Of a stretch of 64,000 nt of DNA, positions 37,250-50,337 are shown in pieces; position 1 is the stretch's first letter; every line of letters begins with the position of its first letter. The position numbers and the translations under genes were made by a program. The notes beneath the pieces were generated by a model that made no database searches, was not told the origin of the DNA, and saw nothing but the letters and a program-made list of their open reading frames with translations. Source of the stretch: Haliotis rubra. Its lineage: Eukaryota. The stretch spans positions 1 to 64,000 of the forward strand of contig NW_025766964.1 in assembly GCF_003918875.1 (NCBI RefSeq), read 5' to 3'.

Positions 37250-38300
37250 TATACAGAACTATACACAGACCGACATGAGTGTAACACATATATAGAACGA
37301 CACACACACCGACATATGGATAACACATATATAGAACTACACACACCGACATGTGGATAACACATATATAGAACGACACAGAGACCGACATGTGGATAAC
37401 ACATATATAGAACGACACACACACCGACATGTGGATAACACATATATAGAACGACACACACACCGACATGTGGATAACACATATATAGAACGACACACAC
37501 ACCGACATGAGTGTAACACATATATAGAACGACACACACACCGACATGTGGATAACACATATATAGAACGACACACACACCGACATGTGGATAACACATA
37601 TATAGAACGACACACACACCGACATGTGGATAACACATATACAGAACGACACACACACCAACATGTGGATAACACATATATAGAACGACACACACACCGA
37701 CATGTGGATAACACATATATAGAACGACACACACACCGACACGAGTGTAACACATATATAGAACGACACACACACCGACATGAGTGTAACACATATATAG
37801 AACGACACACACACCAACATGTGGATAACACATATATAGAACGACACACACACCGACATGTGGATAACACATATATAGAACAACACACACCGACACGAGT
37901 GTAACACATATATAGAACGACACGCATACCGACATGTGCATAACACATATATAGAACGACACACACACCGACATGTGGATAACACATATACAGAACGACA
38001 CACAGACCGACACGAGTGTAACGCATATATAGAACGACACACACACCGACATGTGCATAACACATATATAGAACGACACACAGACCGACACGAGTGTAAC
38101 ACATATATAGAACGACACACACACCGACATGTGGATAACACATATATAGAACGACACACAGACCGACATGTGGATAACACATATATAGAACAATACACAC
38201 ACCGATAGGTCGATAACACATATACAGAACGACATACACACCGACATGTGGATAACATATATATCGAACGACTCACAGACGCGCCATGCGGATAACACAT
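37250..38300. repeat. 39-bp minisatellite (ACACACACCGACATGTGGATAACACATATATAGAACGAC)
   Basis: ~27 units. Confidence 0.97.
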
Positions 38301-38366
38301 TTATACAACTATAATCTTTTTACTTGAAACACAAATTCACATTTAGGTAGATAGACAAAGAGACAG

Positions 38367-38460
38367 TAGGTAGGTAGGTAGGTAGGTAGGTAGGTAGGTA
38401 GGTAGGTAGGTAGGTAGGTAGGTAGGTAGGTAGGTAGGTAGGTAGGTAGGTAGGTAGGTA
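38367..38460. repeat. (TAGG)n microsatellite
   Basis: Pure tetranucleotide run. Confidence 0.98.
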
Positions 38461-38918
38461 CAACTGTCTTACGACTCTTATCAAGAGAGCATACGCCAGT
38501 CACACCGTAACTCAAATCTCTTATCAGAAGACGTCCAGGGTGTATTGACGTAATGCTTCAAATAACTGTCAGTGTCAGTAAATTACTCCTATTTGGTCAA
38601 CTCGTTTACACTGACACATAATTTACAATTCTCCTGCTCACACTCCTTATCGGGAGATCCGAAAACAGAACAACGCAGTTGCGAGTAAGTATAGTAACAT
38701 AATACGAAGTTCATTCATCCGTAAATATAAACCAACATTTTCACCACGCCTTAAAAGGAATTCTTACTAATACGTTCTGTGATTGATTACTGCGGGTTAT
38801 TGAATCGAACATAGTACTTCCCGCTTGTTGATAACGTACGGCTATCAAAAGCCATATTTGGATCTGCTGGCGGGCGTGTCGCGTCACGTGGTCGTGTCCT
38901 ATTATATCGTGCAGGTAA

Positions 38919-39240
38919 GGCCAGACCAATTATATTTCTTGTTTTACGGATCCGCAGGTAGTATTCTTTTTCAAAAATAAGAAGAAAAAAATAAAAATGA
39001 ATTTTCCCCGCTCAAAAAATAAATCCTAATGTTTTCATTGGCCAAAAATGTAAACATACAAGAAATTTTGTTGTTAGTTTTTTGCCCCTTATACACTTCA
39101 TAGATTGCCAAAAGTACCATACTTTGAGTATTTAGAAGGAATATTACTTTGGTGATTTTATTTTTATCTTTTTTCCCTCCTGCCTTTAGGTTTTCTGAGG
39201 ACAAAAATCCGTAAAACAAAAAAATAAAACTGGTCTGGCC
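38919..39240. mobile_element. PIF/Harbinger-type MITE
   Basis: TIR GGCCAGACCA; TAA duplication on both sides; sisters at 56014 and 58531. Confidence 0.9.
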
Positions 39241-40101
39241 TAAGCAAAGGTAAGCTGCGACATTCGCTGAACCGACAGCACTGGTGTAAGGAGTGTGTTA
39301 TCGCATATCTCGGGACCTGGCTAATCTCTATTTATCGCCTTATATGGGTGTAACTATTCAATAATATGCGGCAATTGTAGCATATCTGTAATTTAATATT
39401 CTCGCTGTTCAAAACAGCTGTAAAGGTATATTATCGAAAGTCATTGACCAAGTTCACTTTCTGTAACCTCTTGAAACATTTTTTTCCACATCATTCCAGT
39501 CAACATTTCTTATTCCCCCTAACTTTCTTCTCAAAGCCCATGTTTGTGTTTAATAGAAATGGGGTATTAATGTAACCGGAAAGAAATATTATTACTGCGT
39601 AGAGCATTTCAATGTATAAAATGCATTCGGGTGTTTCCGGAATCTCCCGAAAGTAACCGAGTGTAAACAATTTGTGGAATTCAATGCAATGGCTATTTTT
39701 AACGCTTGTCCTTGCTCCATGTCAACACAGGTATGGCCACAGGTCAGCTGCTTTCCTGGTCAACATGATCTAATAGCCAGCTGAACACAAATTGTCATGC
39801 ACTGGTGCACTGAAAAGCTTTTAGATTAAATTTTAATAAAAAAATTTATTGACACCCTATATGGGGCGGCTTATTTTTTTTAGGACGTTTTCCTATCTCA
39901 CCCGATCAGTTTTGTTATCAAGCATTTTATATTTGTATTTTCAGAAACAAAACTTGGATAAGATTATTCAACCAAAACATAAATTATGGCTTATGTGTTA
40001 GAAAATCAATAAATAAATACATAAATATTATATCTATCATTTAACACGCATGACACATTGACTTATACATGATGATATTGGGCAGTTTTGGGGATATTTA
40101 C

Positions 40102-40255
40102 TTTGTATCTCATTTGTCAACTGGTGTAACGTGAAACTTTGTCTTCTTAAAAGACGATCATAACATTCACAATTATACGTGACTTCATGGCTAGAATCGT
40201 TACATTCGTAAACACTTCGAAACCTCGCATTCTTTTCGCCAAGTCGAAGCGCCAT
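40102..40255 (-). CDS. Candidate first coding exon of an unidentified gene (MALRLGEKNARFRSVYECNDSSHEVTYNCECYDRLLRRQSFTLHQLTNEIQ)
   Basis: Lies downstream of an X-box, a GTAAGT donor (40504) and a pyrimidine-rich CAG acceptor (40316); ATGG context; donor GTAAAT at 40101; no homology recognised. Confidence 0.3.
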
Positions 40256-40546
40256 CTGACAGATATCGCAGAAGCAAATGGAGAGTTATCCGCTCTTTGC
40301 AACTGTACTTAAACCCTGCTCAACAAAATAAACAAACATATTTCGAACACAGACACATGTGCCGGCTTTCGTTATCTCAGGATGCATTGAGCTGCACTGG
40401 TATTAGTTTGTACATTTTGTCAACTTGACTAGCCCACTTCCCTCTTCATTATGCAATGACGACAAAAAATAATCAATATTCTAAAAATATTCACCTGTAC
40501 TTACGTTGCCATTTAACACGGAATGGTTCGTTTAGTCAGGACATAT

Positions 40547-40560
40547 GTTTCCATGGTAAC
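40547..40560. promoter_or_regulatory. RFX X-box
   Basis: GTTTCCATGGTAAC (reverse GTTACCATGGAAAC) fits GTTRCCATGGNAAC. Confidence 0.65.
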
Positions 40561-40739
40561 GGGCGTATAGACAGAATGTAGACACATACGGTATATTGGC
40601 TGTATCAGGTTATCATTATTTTGGAAGATTCAAGAATAGAAATATACTATCATTGGCAATATGCTATTAGGAGAATGTGAAAGATGCAGGACATATTTAT
40701 ATTTCGTCAACTCTAAGGTTGACGTGATACCTGTCAGGA

Positions 40740-40994
40740 GTGAGCAGTGGCGGATCCAGAGGGGGGATTCAGGGGGTTCGAACCCCCCTTAAAAATGACT
40801 GAAGATCACATTGAAGATTTTTTTTTGCGTTGGCAAAGCAAATGGGGGTTCAGGGGTTTAAACCCCTGAACCCCCTCCTTTCTAAATTCCTGGATCCGCC
40901 CATGAGAGAGTGAGTGAGTTTAGTTTTACGCCGCTTACCCGGGTGTTCGGTATGACGAGGGAACGCTTTATCCACTTGGCTACCCCACCGCCCC
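40740..40994 (-). mobile_element. Deleted family A SINE containing a GGCGGATCC MITE (40745-40904)
   Basis: 15-bp TSD TGATACCTGTCAGGA at 40725-40739 and 40995-41009; MITE TIRs inside the tail. Confidence 0.88.
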
Positions 40995-41377
40995 TGATAC
41001 CTGTCAGGAACAGCTCCAGACAGTGCATGCAATATACTTGCTCTTCTCTGAATATTTGACGGCACCAATTCACAGGCTAAGTGTTGCTATAGTAATGGAC
41101 CCCGTTATAACATCATGCAGCATTTCCTTGTTGTTTCCTCAATATTTGGGAGTTTTACCCAATGCTTGAAGTGCCTGTAATGTGTCACCCCAAATGCCAT
41201 ATCCTCCCGTACAGGCGGGTACCATGGTTACTGCAGGTTACAGAGGCTTGTTTTGTCTAAGGTGCAAGTCATCTGATGGGGTTGTGTATTCTGATACAAC
41301 AAATTACGCATATCCATTGCATAGGTTCAGTTGATATAGTAAATATTAAAAAGCTTGACAGAAATGTGATACAGACC

Positions 41378-41434
41378 CAATGGCGGATCCATCGGGATGT
41401 GTGTGTGTGTGTGTGTGTGTGCGTGTGTGCGTGC

Positions 41435-41474
<40 letters not shown>

Positions 41475-41626
41475 CAGGAGGGTCAAACCACCCCCACCCA
41501 CCCTTTTTTATTTTTGAAAATGACTAAAGACCTAATTGAAGTTAATGTTTTGCATTGGCGGAGCCAAGGGGGGTCCAGGGCGTTCGACCCCACCCCACCT
41601 TTTGAAAATTCCTGGATCCGCCTATG
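41378..41626. mobile_element. GGCGGATCC-type MITE(s) with internal (GT)n
   Basis: CAATGGCGGATCC...GGATCCGCCTATG; second left end near 41552. Confidence 0.75.
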
Positions 41627-42909
41627 CGCTGTCCTTTAGCTGTAATAATGACGACTGCACTCTAAACAAGAAACAACGTGCATCCTTAATCACCAAAATC
41701 TTAAAACACACAATAATATATATGTGTGAGCGTGTGGGGTGGGGCTGGGGTTGGGTATGGGGGGGGCTGGTGTGTGTGTGTGTGTGTGTGTGGGGTGTTA
41801 TTGGTGTTAGCGTCTGTTGTAGTGTTGTAGTCATCAGAGGTCTGAGGTCATTTCTCTGTGCTGGACATAAAATATTTTCTAAAACAAATGATATTTTCAT
41901 AAACATCCAAAGAGCAGACACAGAACACACATAAGCTAACGTCTATTCTCTGGAAGGAACAGATTTTACAGAAAAAAACAGTTCTCAAAATATCTTAACA
42001 AAACACAAAAAAGAAACCCCGTGTCTTTCTGCATTTTAAGGCCTGAAACTGCAAAAAACTAGACTTGCCCCATGTTATAGCCTAGCATGGGTTGTATTGG
42101 ATACACTTGTTTCAGGGCCCTGAGCTGATAATGAGCATAAATTACCTGCCTGACTGTGCCAGGATCAACCTCCCTGCTGCATACTAATTTTAATCTGTAA
42201 TACAATAATAATTCTTGTTAATATTATCATTTATTTTGTTCTGTTGCCAATAATGTATTTATTTTTGTTTGGTGATGTATTTTTTGTTCCACTTTAGTTT
42301 TTTGATATTTGCCTTCTCTATGTTCTAACAATAATAATTGTTGTTATTATTATCATTATTTTCTTTAATTCACGGCCTTTTTTTTACTAAAAATGTAGAT
42401 TTTTAAGTGCATGTATTTTTTTCTCTCACTTTCATTATTTAATATTTGTGTTCGCTTTTCTAGTGCCCATGCATGTCCTTTTCATACAGAAAATATACTG
42501 AGTATTTACGATATAAAAACAGTTGTTGACAGCAAAGTGTTTTGATCAAGGTTTCTCAAAGGTCATGGTGACATACTGTCCGTCGGCTTTACCTGAAGAC
42601 ATGAGTTTTATACAGGCAATCTTTCAAGCGGTTAATTAAAGTGTAAAACAGGGTATTTTTAATAATTATAAAATAAACGCTTATTTGGTAGGGTAAAATG
42701 AATTGAACATTCGTGTAGCGACTTGTGTGTTGGTACTGTGCGAAATTTTGAACCCTCGGGATATAATGTGCCAAATATTACCATTTGCAATTCTTCTACA
42801 ATGCACATTTACGCCAAATATGGTTTGCGAAGGCGACCTCGGCGAGCGTGAGTCACAAAACCATATATGGCGCTTGTGTTGCAATAATGGTATGCGATAT
42901 GGATATTAG

Positions 42910-43001
42910 TCGACCAATCAGTGACGAGTAAGCTGACCTCGTGGTTTTAGGAGCACCGAAGGGACTCTTCGTCACATCGCAGCTAAGAAATCGCATAAAA
43001 G
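42910..43001 (+). promoter_or_regulatory. Probable ADF/cofilin promoter and non-coding first exon
   Basis: CCAATCAG box at ~42914 with adjacent TGACG, CpG-rich; donor AG|GTACGT at 43002; acceptors at 43154 or 43179 upstream of the ATG. Confidence 0.5.
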
Positions 43002-43203
43002 GTACGTTGTGACATTAGGAGATACTTTATATGGAATTTAGTTATTATTTTAAGGTTTTGTAGTCATTTAGAGAGAGACCGTGCGTGTCTTACCCCTTAT
43101 AAATGCGACGTTTCGGCGTTGAGGTTTAATTTGCGTTCTCTCATTTTCGAACAGCCCTCCATCAACCTCACTTCTGCAGCTGAAATACAACCAAAGCTTA
43201 AAA

Positions 43204-43532
43204 ATGGCGATGTCAGGAATTGCTGTGTCTCAAGACTGTGAAAAAGCTCACGAAAGGCAACACAAGAAGGAAAAGGACATACAGTGGACAGTGTATCGTA
43301 TTGACCAGTCGGGGAAAAAGGCTGAGATTGTAGTTGAATGTCAGAAAGAGAGAGAGTTCTGTGCCAACAGGGCATCTCAACAGCAGACCGGCGACGTTGA
43401 AAAACGAAATAGGCAACTGTGGCTTGACTTTATCGACAGTTTACCCGATGCTGAAAGTCGATATGCTGTTTTCGATTTCGTACAACCAACATCATCTGGA
43501 GCTTTCAAAGACGCAATTCGCTTTGTTGCTTG
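43204..43532 (+). CDS. ADF/cofilin family protein, coding exon 1
   Basis: MAMSGIAVSQDC start, LPDAESRYAVFDF and IRFVAW motifs; AAAATGG context; donor GTAAGT at 43533, phase 2. Confidence 0.93.
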
Positions 43533-45844
43533 GTAAGTAAATACGATCGAAGTTGGTCGACAAGCCGGAAGAGCCCTCACTCTTGTCAGCAAACGAGACA
43601 CACTGGCCTGTCAAATACACCGCCAATCGATTATTTTTGAGAGAATTTGTTTATGGGTGTATCTTTCCCCAGGTTTTACCCCTGTTTTTCTCATCAGCTT
43701 GTTTTGAAATTATATTAAAAACCGGAAAGGGTCCAGAACATACCGGTGATTATATCACGTGCTTGTTGGATACACCCATTGCATGTAGCCCAGTGCTCTC
43801 AAAACTGTACCTGGCTCGTCTCGGGACTGATAACAAAGCTTATACGTTTTCCTCAACGTCAGGTCCACAAATTAAATGGGTTACGTTGGAATGTTATTTC
43901 TCGTAGAAAATATGCAGTTTAGCCTGCTGATATCACATTTCCTTTGTGTGTATAATTGAGGAAGTTGGTCAGTGGGCGTGTTCAGTCTGAATGAAATGAA
44001 CAAGAGCGTAGACTAATAATGCATATGTAAAACTACTGCTGATTTGTGACATATATGTTTCTGTTTACACGTTCACAAAGCTAAGAAGATTTTAACCACT
44101 ATTTTAAGTATTGAGAAATGTTAAGAAGGTTTCACTTGTGTGAACAATCTGAAGGAAGACATTGGTACATTTAGAGAAACTATCTGATACTTTATTTTCA
44201 TTTGTAATGAAACAGGCGACTTCTTTTCAAATGAACGAAATAGTACACATGGTAGGTGAATATATGAACAAGTATTTGGGTCAACAGACAAAACATACAT
44301 GCCCCATGAGAACTGATTCAAGTGGTGCTTTCAAGTCTAGCTTTAGTCTTCTTTGGAATTGTGCAACACTAAAAGATGTTTGTTATGTTACTCCTGAATA
44401 ATCTGCTGGTTTCTGTGAAAGCTGTTTTTGTTTTAAGTTACTATTTAGTTGTTTTTTGTGTGTAATGGATGGCAATACTCTCAATATATGAGATTATTGT
44501 GAATGGATTGCTAGTAATGATGAAGATGCCAATTGATAAAGTATCCCAGAATTTATGAGAACATTCTCTGCCGTAGGTTACGTGTCACTGAGACAGGCAA
44601 CCAGTTTGCAAGAATCTGTCAGATGCGAACTCAGATTGTTAGCCTGATGGCTAACCGACTAAGCTACGTCCACACTGTTGCACAATGTGCAAATTTATCT
44701 AGTCATTCGGAGGCGTTACGGAAATGAACAAAAATAGTCTAATATGTCACGGAGAATTACTAAGGTTATGGGTCTCGTGATTTGAATCTACAAACAATGG
44801 ACGAATGGTCCCGATGCCATTTGGCACACTTGCCCCATTCCGTAATCTGCAAGATATCGTGAGGTGTGGAACGAGCCAATATTGTGCGAACTGAAAACAG
44901 CGGCTGTTGACGTAAGACGTCACAATCATGGTGTACATGAATGACATGCTATTAAAATAAATCATAGGTGATTTTGTGACAGAAAAGTGTTGTAGGGAAC
45001 ACTGTAAGGATAATGTGGATTACACTAATGAATGAGGGGGGCATGAGCATATCTGGTGATGCCATGAGTGTGAGTTATCCTTCGATTCATTGCTGAAGAA
45101 ATGTAGGCTCAAAAATGTTGCGTGTGAAAATGGCTTAAGTGCAAGTTCCAGGATAATTTCCATTAGCCTAATTGTCAACATTAAACAAATTCTTTGTGTA
45201 CTGTCAACATTATTTGGGTGAAAAGAAATTCCTACCTACCCTAAATCTTAAAGAGCTGTAATCGGAACCACAACATTTTTTTTATTTGGCCCAAGGAAAA
45301 ACATCAACAAATGGTAACACAGGCATTACAACGGACATCTAAACCTACCATATTGGATTCTAGCCCTAACCCTAAACCTAAACCCTTGAAAATAATCCTA
45401 ATAAATGAAATACATTGACCAAAGCGGCACGAAAATGGCTAACGTGTTATGCATTCTTACTGCTTCGAAATATATAATATAAATAACTCCATTCTTGATT
45501 AATGATGCAAATTACTGAATGAAAAAAATCTATATGTATATTAGTTCCCATTTATAATTCATTTAGTCCTTAAAAATATGTTGAAAGTGAAATATGAAAT
45601 ATATTTAAACTAAAAGTGCTTTCATAAACTGGTGCTTGCCATAAGTTGCAAATCCTCCATTAAACTCTCTACATTGTTGGACTTATTCAGTGCCATAGCC
45701 AGTAGACACGAAACATCCTAGACAAACTCGGTGCTACGCCAGCGTTATAGGGCATTGTTTCAAGAACATGGTTTGGACCAAAATCATATTAAATTACATA
45801 AAAGGGTATTATGATGGAATTTTAATGTTTGTAGTGCTGTATTC

Positions 45845-46012
45845 CAGGGATTGGGATAGAGAACTTTGATAATGGGCCATATTCATGATTATTAGCCATT
45901 TTCTGAATTTAGAATGGGCCACTGCCCTTATCAGTTAACTTCAAACTTTTACTGGGCCATTTTTTATTCTAATGTGCAAAATTGCCCATGGCCCCTGCCT
46001 TTCCAATCCCTG
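45845..46012. mobile_element. CAG-terminal MITE
   Basis: TIR CAGGGATTGG; 5-bp TSD TATTC. Confidence 0.8.
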
Positions 46013-46735
46013 TATTCTAAAGGTAGGCCGAGTTTATTAATAAGAAATCTAGATATCTTGTAATGAGTGGCGGCTGAAGTGTTCTGTTCATCAATTTTTC
46101 ATCTGTGATTACAAGTAGTTCAGAAACCCTTGTTACAGCATGTTAGGTGACGTGTGCAAACAGTTCTTTATCTGTCTTTGGACATTCAGATATGTCTTTG
46201 GATATTTTATCATTAATTGGTCATGATTCAGTATCTGTGTGGGAGGACTTTGAATTATGTCAGTCATTGGCTACAGAAATCTTTGAATTATATAACAATC
46301 CAAAAGGCCTATACCTTTTAGATAGCCTCTTGAGGACCTAACTTTCACCAACAAGGGCTGTCTGTCTTCTATTGCTAAAGTACCATCCTCCTGTCAAAAG
46401 TGTCATTTAAAATCAATACGTAACATAGTGAAGAATATATTTAGTTTATCACTAGTTTTGCAGTCCATTTGGTCATGAGTAAGGACCTATGACTAGTCAA
46501 TAGAACCTTTTTCGTGTCTACAGAATCGACATAATTTACACACTATCATGGTGTTTGACATATATAGATAAATATACCCATGAAAACAAAAAAGGGAACA
46601 CATGAAAGTACGAGTGTTCCTTTATTTCCAGAATTTCACTCACAGTGCAATACATACCTTGTGAAGAAACTTCGAAAAGAATAAAGGAACACTTGTACTT
46701 TCATGTGTTCCCATATTCGTTTCCATGAGTATATA

Positions 46736-46928
46736 CAGTGTTTGCCCTAGACATAAAGACATAAAAAAAATTAGGAGTCATCATGACACCCTGGTGAGAG
46801 GGAGTCATGGTCATGTTTTTGGAAGTCAAATAAGCAGGTTTTCTGCATCCATGCATAAAAATTAATGAGTCATGACTCCTTGTGTCATGAGGAGTCATGG
46901 ACATGTTTCTGCGTCATGGCAAACGCTG
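46736..46928. mobile_element. CAG-terminal MITE (related to 61465-61843)
   Basis: TIR CAG(T/C)GTTTGCC; GAGTCATG internal repeats; ATATA flanks. Confidence 0.8.
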
Positions 46929-48607
46929 ATATATCTCCACTGTTTTTGCGTGTGTGTAGGCAAAGAACATAGCATCTGTCTCAGTCAGTGTATGTTATGT
47001 TTGCATCTAGTATGTGCATGTATCAGTGTAAAGTATCAATTTATGGACATTTATTTGCATGTCAGCTTCAGTCCGTATGTGATAGTTTCAATATTTATCT
47101 AGATCATATGTATTGCTTACAACATGTTGCCAACATTTATGCATTTCAACACACACGCAGGTACACACGTCCACTATATTTGCAAGAATGTAAAAGCTCA
47201 ATTCAGGTTTGATATTGTCTGATTTTAGTCCAGTGAAAGACCCCAGTGGCAAAATTGGGTGCATATAAACAGAGTAAGAGTTCAAACACCTGGCCGAGGG
47301 ATATAAAATATTTTGGAGATAGACATTGTCCATAGTTATATGAAATAAACCCATCTAGTTGAATGTCACCGATGTTCCTCTGAGCATTAACATTTGCGCC
47401 AATGTACCATATTTTAAGAATTCTGGAAGGCTGCTGCCTCAGTAGACCTGCAGCGTTCATTCCAGCTTTTCTAAAAGGTTAATGTGGATCATTCAGAAAA
47501 TATTGTGGGTCATGTCAAATTGCTGTGGCTTATTAGCCATATACTATTACTTATCTGACAGTGACTTGTATATATTTGTTGTCAGATTATGTTTTGGTTA
47601 ATGGCATGTTTTTCAGTTCTTGTTTACAAATGGTTAAGTGTCTGAAAGCCAACAACATGAGGGTACCTGTAATGTTGGTTCAGAATTCGCAACCTGAGCT
47701 TACCATACCCTGTAAAGATTATCTAGTGGGTAATGCACTTCACTTAAAATATGTTGCTTGGTTGAATGATAGCAATCCTAATCCAGATCGTCTCAGGTCA
47801 AACTAGGTCAGAAAGATGTACCTCTAGAACAAATTTATTCACAGGAACTCAGAGGCCCAGATAAACTGCATATTTGGGTAAAATATGCACAGAAAATTTC
47901 CAATTACACATTGAAAAATAATTGTTGCGTACCAATTCCGCATTTAAGATGTTAGATAAGCACAAAGTTTAAAACATATGCGTACGGAATATATCTAAAA
48001 AAATCACTTGCGTAATGAAAAAGACATCGATTAGTATCAAGTTGTATTGTTAGTATAGGACTAGTGTTGTACTGTCAGTACAGGATGAGTGATTTTTTAT
48101 GAAATCATTTCCATTATATTTAAGTTGGTTTTGCTTCAGTATGACATAAGGCAGTACATACTTAACAAACTTACTCAATGACATATACTTAGGTGAGTAA
48201 AATCACTGAAATACCCACATATTTGAAAGCAGTGGGTAACGGAAAATGAAATACCCACTCAAAATTCATAATACCCACTACTTCAATAATTTTGCAAATC
48301 ATACTGCAGTATGCACTAAGTACATTCTTAAACCTTGTTTCATACTTATATCTCTTTGGAGCTTTGCATTCACATTATGCAAGTGTTGAACTGATGATCT
48401 TGATGTTTTAATTGGGGTGGGGCTGACGTCAAACATTTAATTATTTCCCTTAAAGTATTAAGATGGTAAGGAAATACTGAAAAGTGTGGTCCATGACAAA
48501 TGTTAAGTATATTTCACATTGACAGGGAGGAAGCACTGTCTTAATGAAGTAATATAGTATTTTAGAATGGGTTGATGGATGTCTAACAGTCTATATTCCT
48601 GTTGCAG

Positions 48608-48758
48608 GTCTCCAGATAATGGTTCAATAAAAAACAAGATGATCTACTCCTCAACCAAGGATACCCTCAAGAAAAAGCTTGATGTCCAAAAAGAGGTCTT
48701 CATCTCCTCAAAGAGCCAGGAAGAAATCGAAGACTCTTTCAAACAGTTGTTGAATTGA
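48608..48758 (+). CDS. ADF/cofilin family protein, coding exon 2 (total 159 aa)
   Basis: TTGCAG acceptor completes TG|G; (W)SPDNGSIKNKMIYSSTKDTLKKKL actin-binding helix; TGA at 48756-48758. Confidence 0.93.
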
Positions 48759-49106
48759 TTGGCTATTGTTACTCAAGAGCTTAAGTGTCTAATGCCTGGC
48801 AACTAAGGAACAGTTTCCTGCAAGCTGTACAGTGAAACGATGACATAAGTTTTTTTGCACCTGATCATAAACTTATTGCTGATTATTTTGTTTCACAACG
48901 CCAAAGAACATTGACTTTTATAATGAATTACCAAAATACTTAACCTTAATCAACACTTCCAGAACAGAAAACTGATTTGAAATGTATTCACTTTTGTATA
49001 TTGTAAACAAATACTCTCTAAATGACTTGTCAGAACAAATTGTCTGAAGTTATCTTCAATCATGTTGGAATGAATATCATGTTAGAAGAAACATTTTGAT
49101 GCAAGT

Positions 49107-49112
49107 AATAAA
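49107..49112 (+). terminator. Likely poly(A) signal of the ADF/cofilin gene
   Basis: AATAAA ~350 nt after the stop codon. Confidence 0.5.
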
Positions 49113-50191
49113 TATTTCTATGAAAGCTTTAAATGTCAAATCTCTTTAAATTTTACTTGAATCTTCCAAAGATGAAGGTTTCTGGCCATTTTCAAGTTGT
49201 CTACAGGCGAAATTTGTGGCGCACAAACGTGAGAATGCTTCAGTAGATGTATTTGGTTTCCTGAGGTCTTCATTGGAGTGTGTCTGGTCACTTGGATACC
49301 CCAGCTGGTGAGACTTTTGAATTGGAGAGAGGATTAACAATGACATGTTGTGAAACAAAACAAGATGTTTTGTCCAGATAAGGAGCTTGTGTTTTCTCTT
49401 CCATGTGCTCACTACACTTATCATAAAACACACAAATTTTGTATCCTAGAGGTTAATGCTTGTTTTAATCAGGGATGGCTAAAAGGATCGGTAATCGGAA
49501 ATATCGTTGCTAGGAAAAGTTATGAATGATTATCAGTATGAAAATTGTTATCAATAATATCGTACATGAACTTTTGAGATAGAAAAAAGTTTTACTTTTC
49601 TCGCACAATATGCAAATTCATGGTCTGCTTCTATTTAATGTTCAGGACGCTGTTTCGTTATATTCCATGCATAAACATGTCACTACTCACCACTGATGTG
49701 AAATAGATTGATATCTTTCAGATATTTTTGCTCAAGGTAAAGTCTCCAATATTTATCGTTAAACGGTTGATATAAAGTTGAAGATTATTGACTATCGATC
49801 TTTATGATCTATATCAATAGCCAGCCTTATGTTTCAATGGAACAAAATGAACATTTGTATTAGGCAAATTAGCTGGAGAGAACTTAAACATTTCCGTAAA
49901 TCCTCAGAAAACTTTGCAGACATTGAAAAAAGGTGCTTCAGAGATAGGGGTCCAATACATTGTTAAATCATAAATGGGTATTATTCTAAGATATTTTCTT
50001 GTCTGGAAAGGTTAAGGTTTGAGAATCGCATTGGTCTGCTGTGTGGGAACAGATACCTTAAAGAATTACTTCTTTTTTTATCCTCCAGAATCAAGTTGTT
50101 ACATAAACCACAAGTTCAAAATGTGTCAGGAGCTTCAGGTGCCCGAGTTACCAGTGTGTAGTGCTGAGTTGCAATTCTTATTCATGGTCTT

Positions 50192-50337
50192 GGGGTGGTT
50201 TGGTAGCCTAGTGGTCAAAGCTTTGCTCGTGATGCTGAAGGCCCTGGTTCCAGTGTTCCGGGTTCCCACACCTGAAGCCCATTTCTGATTTTGCGGGAGT
50301 ATTGCTAAATGCAGCTTAAAACTATATTCACTCACTC
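50192..50337 (+). mobile_element. Family A SINE, diverged
   Basis: A box, GAAGCCCATTTCTG and tail. Confidence 0.75.

Noticed and set aside
37206-38300. Several overlapping long ORFs on both strands
   Set aside because: Artefact of the 39-bp tandem array
45360-45386. Telomeric (CCCTAA)n
   Set aside because: Only about four degenerate interstitial units
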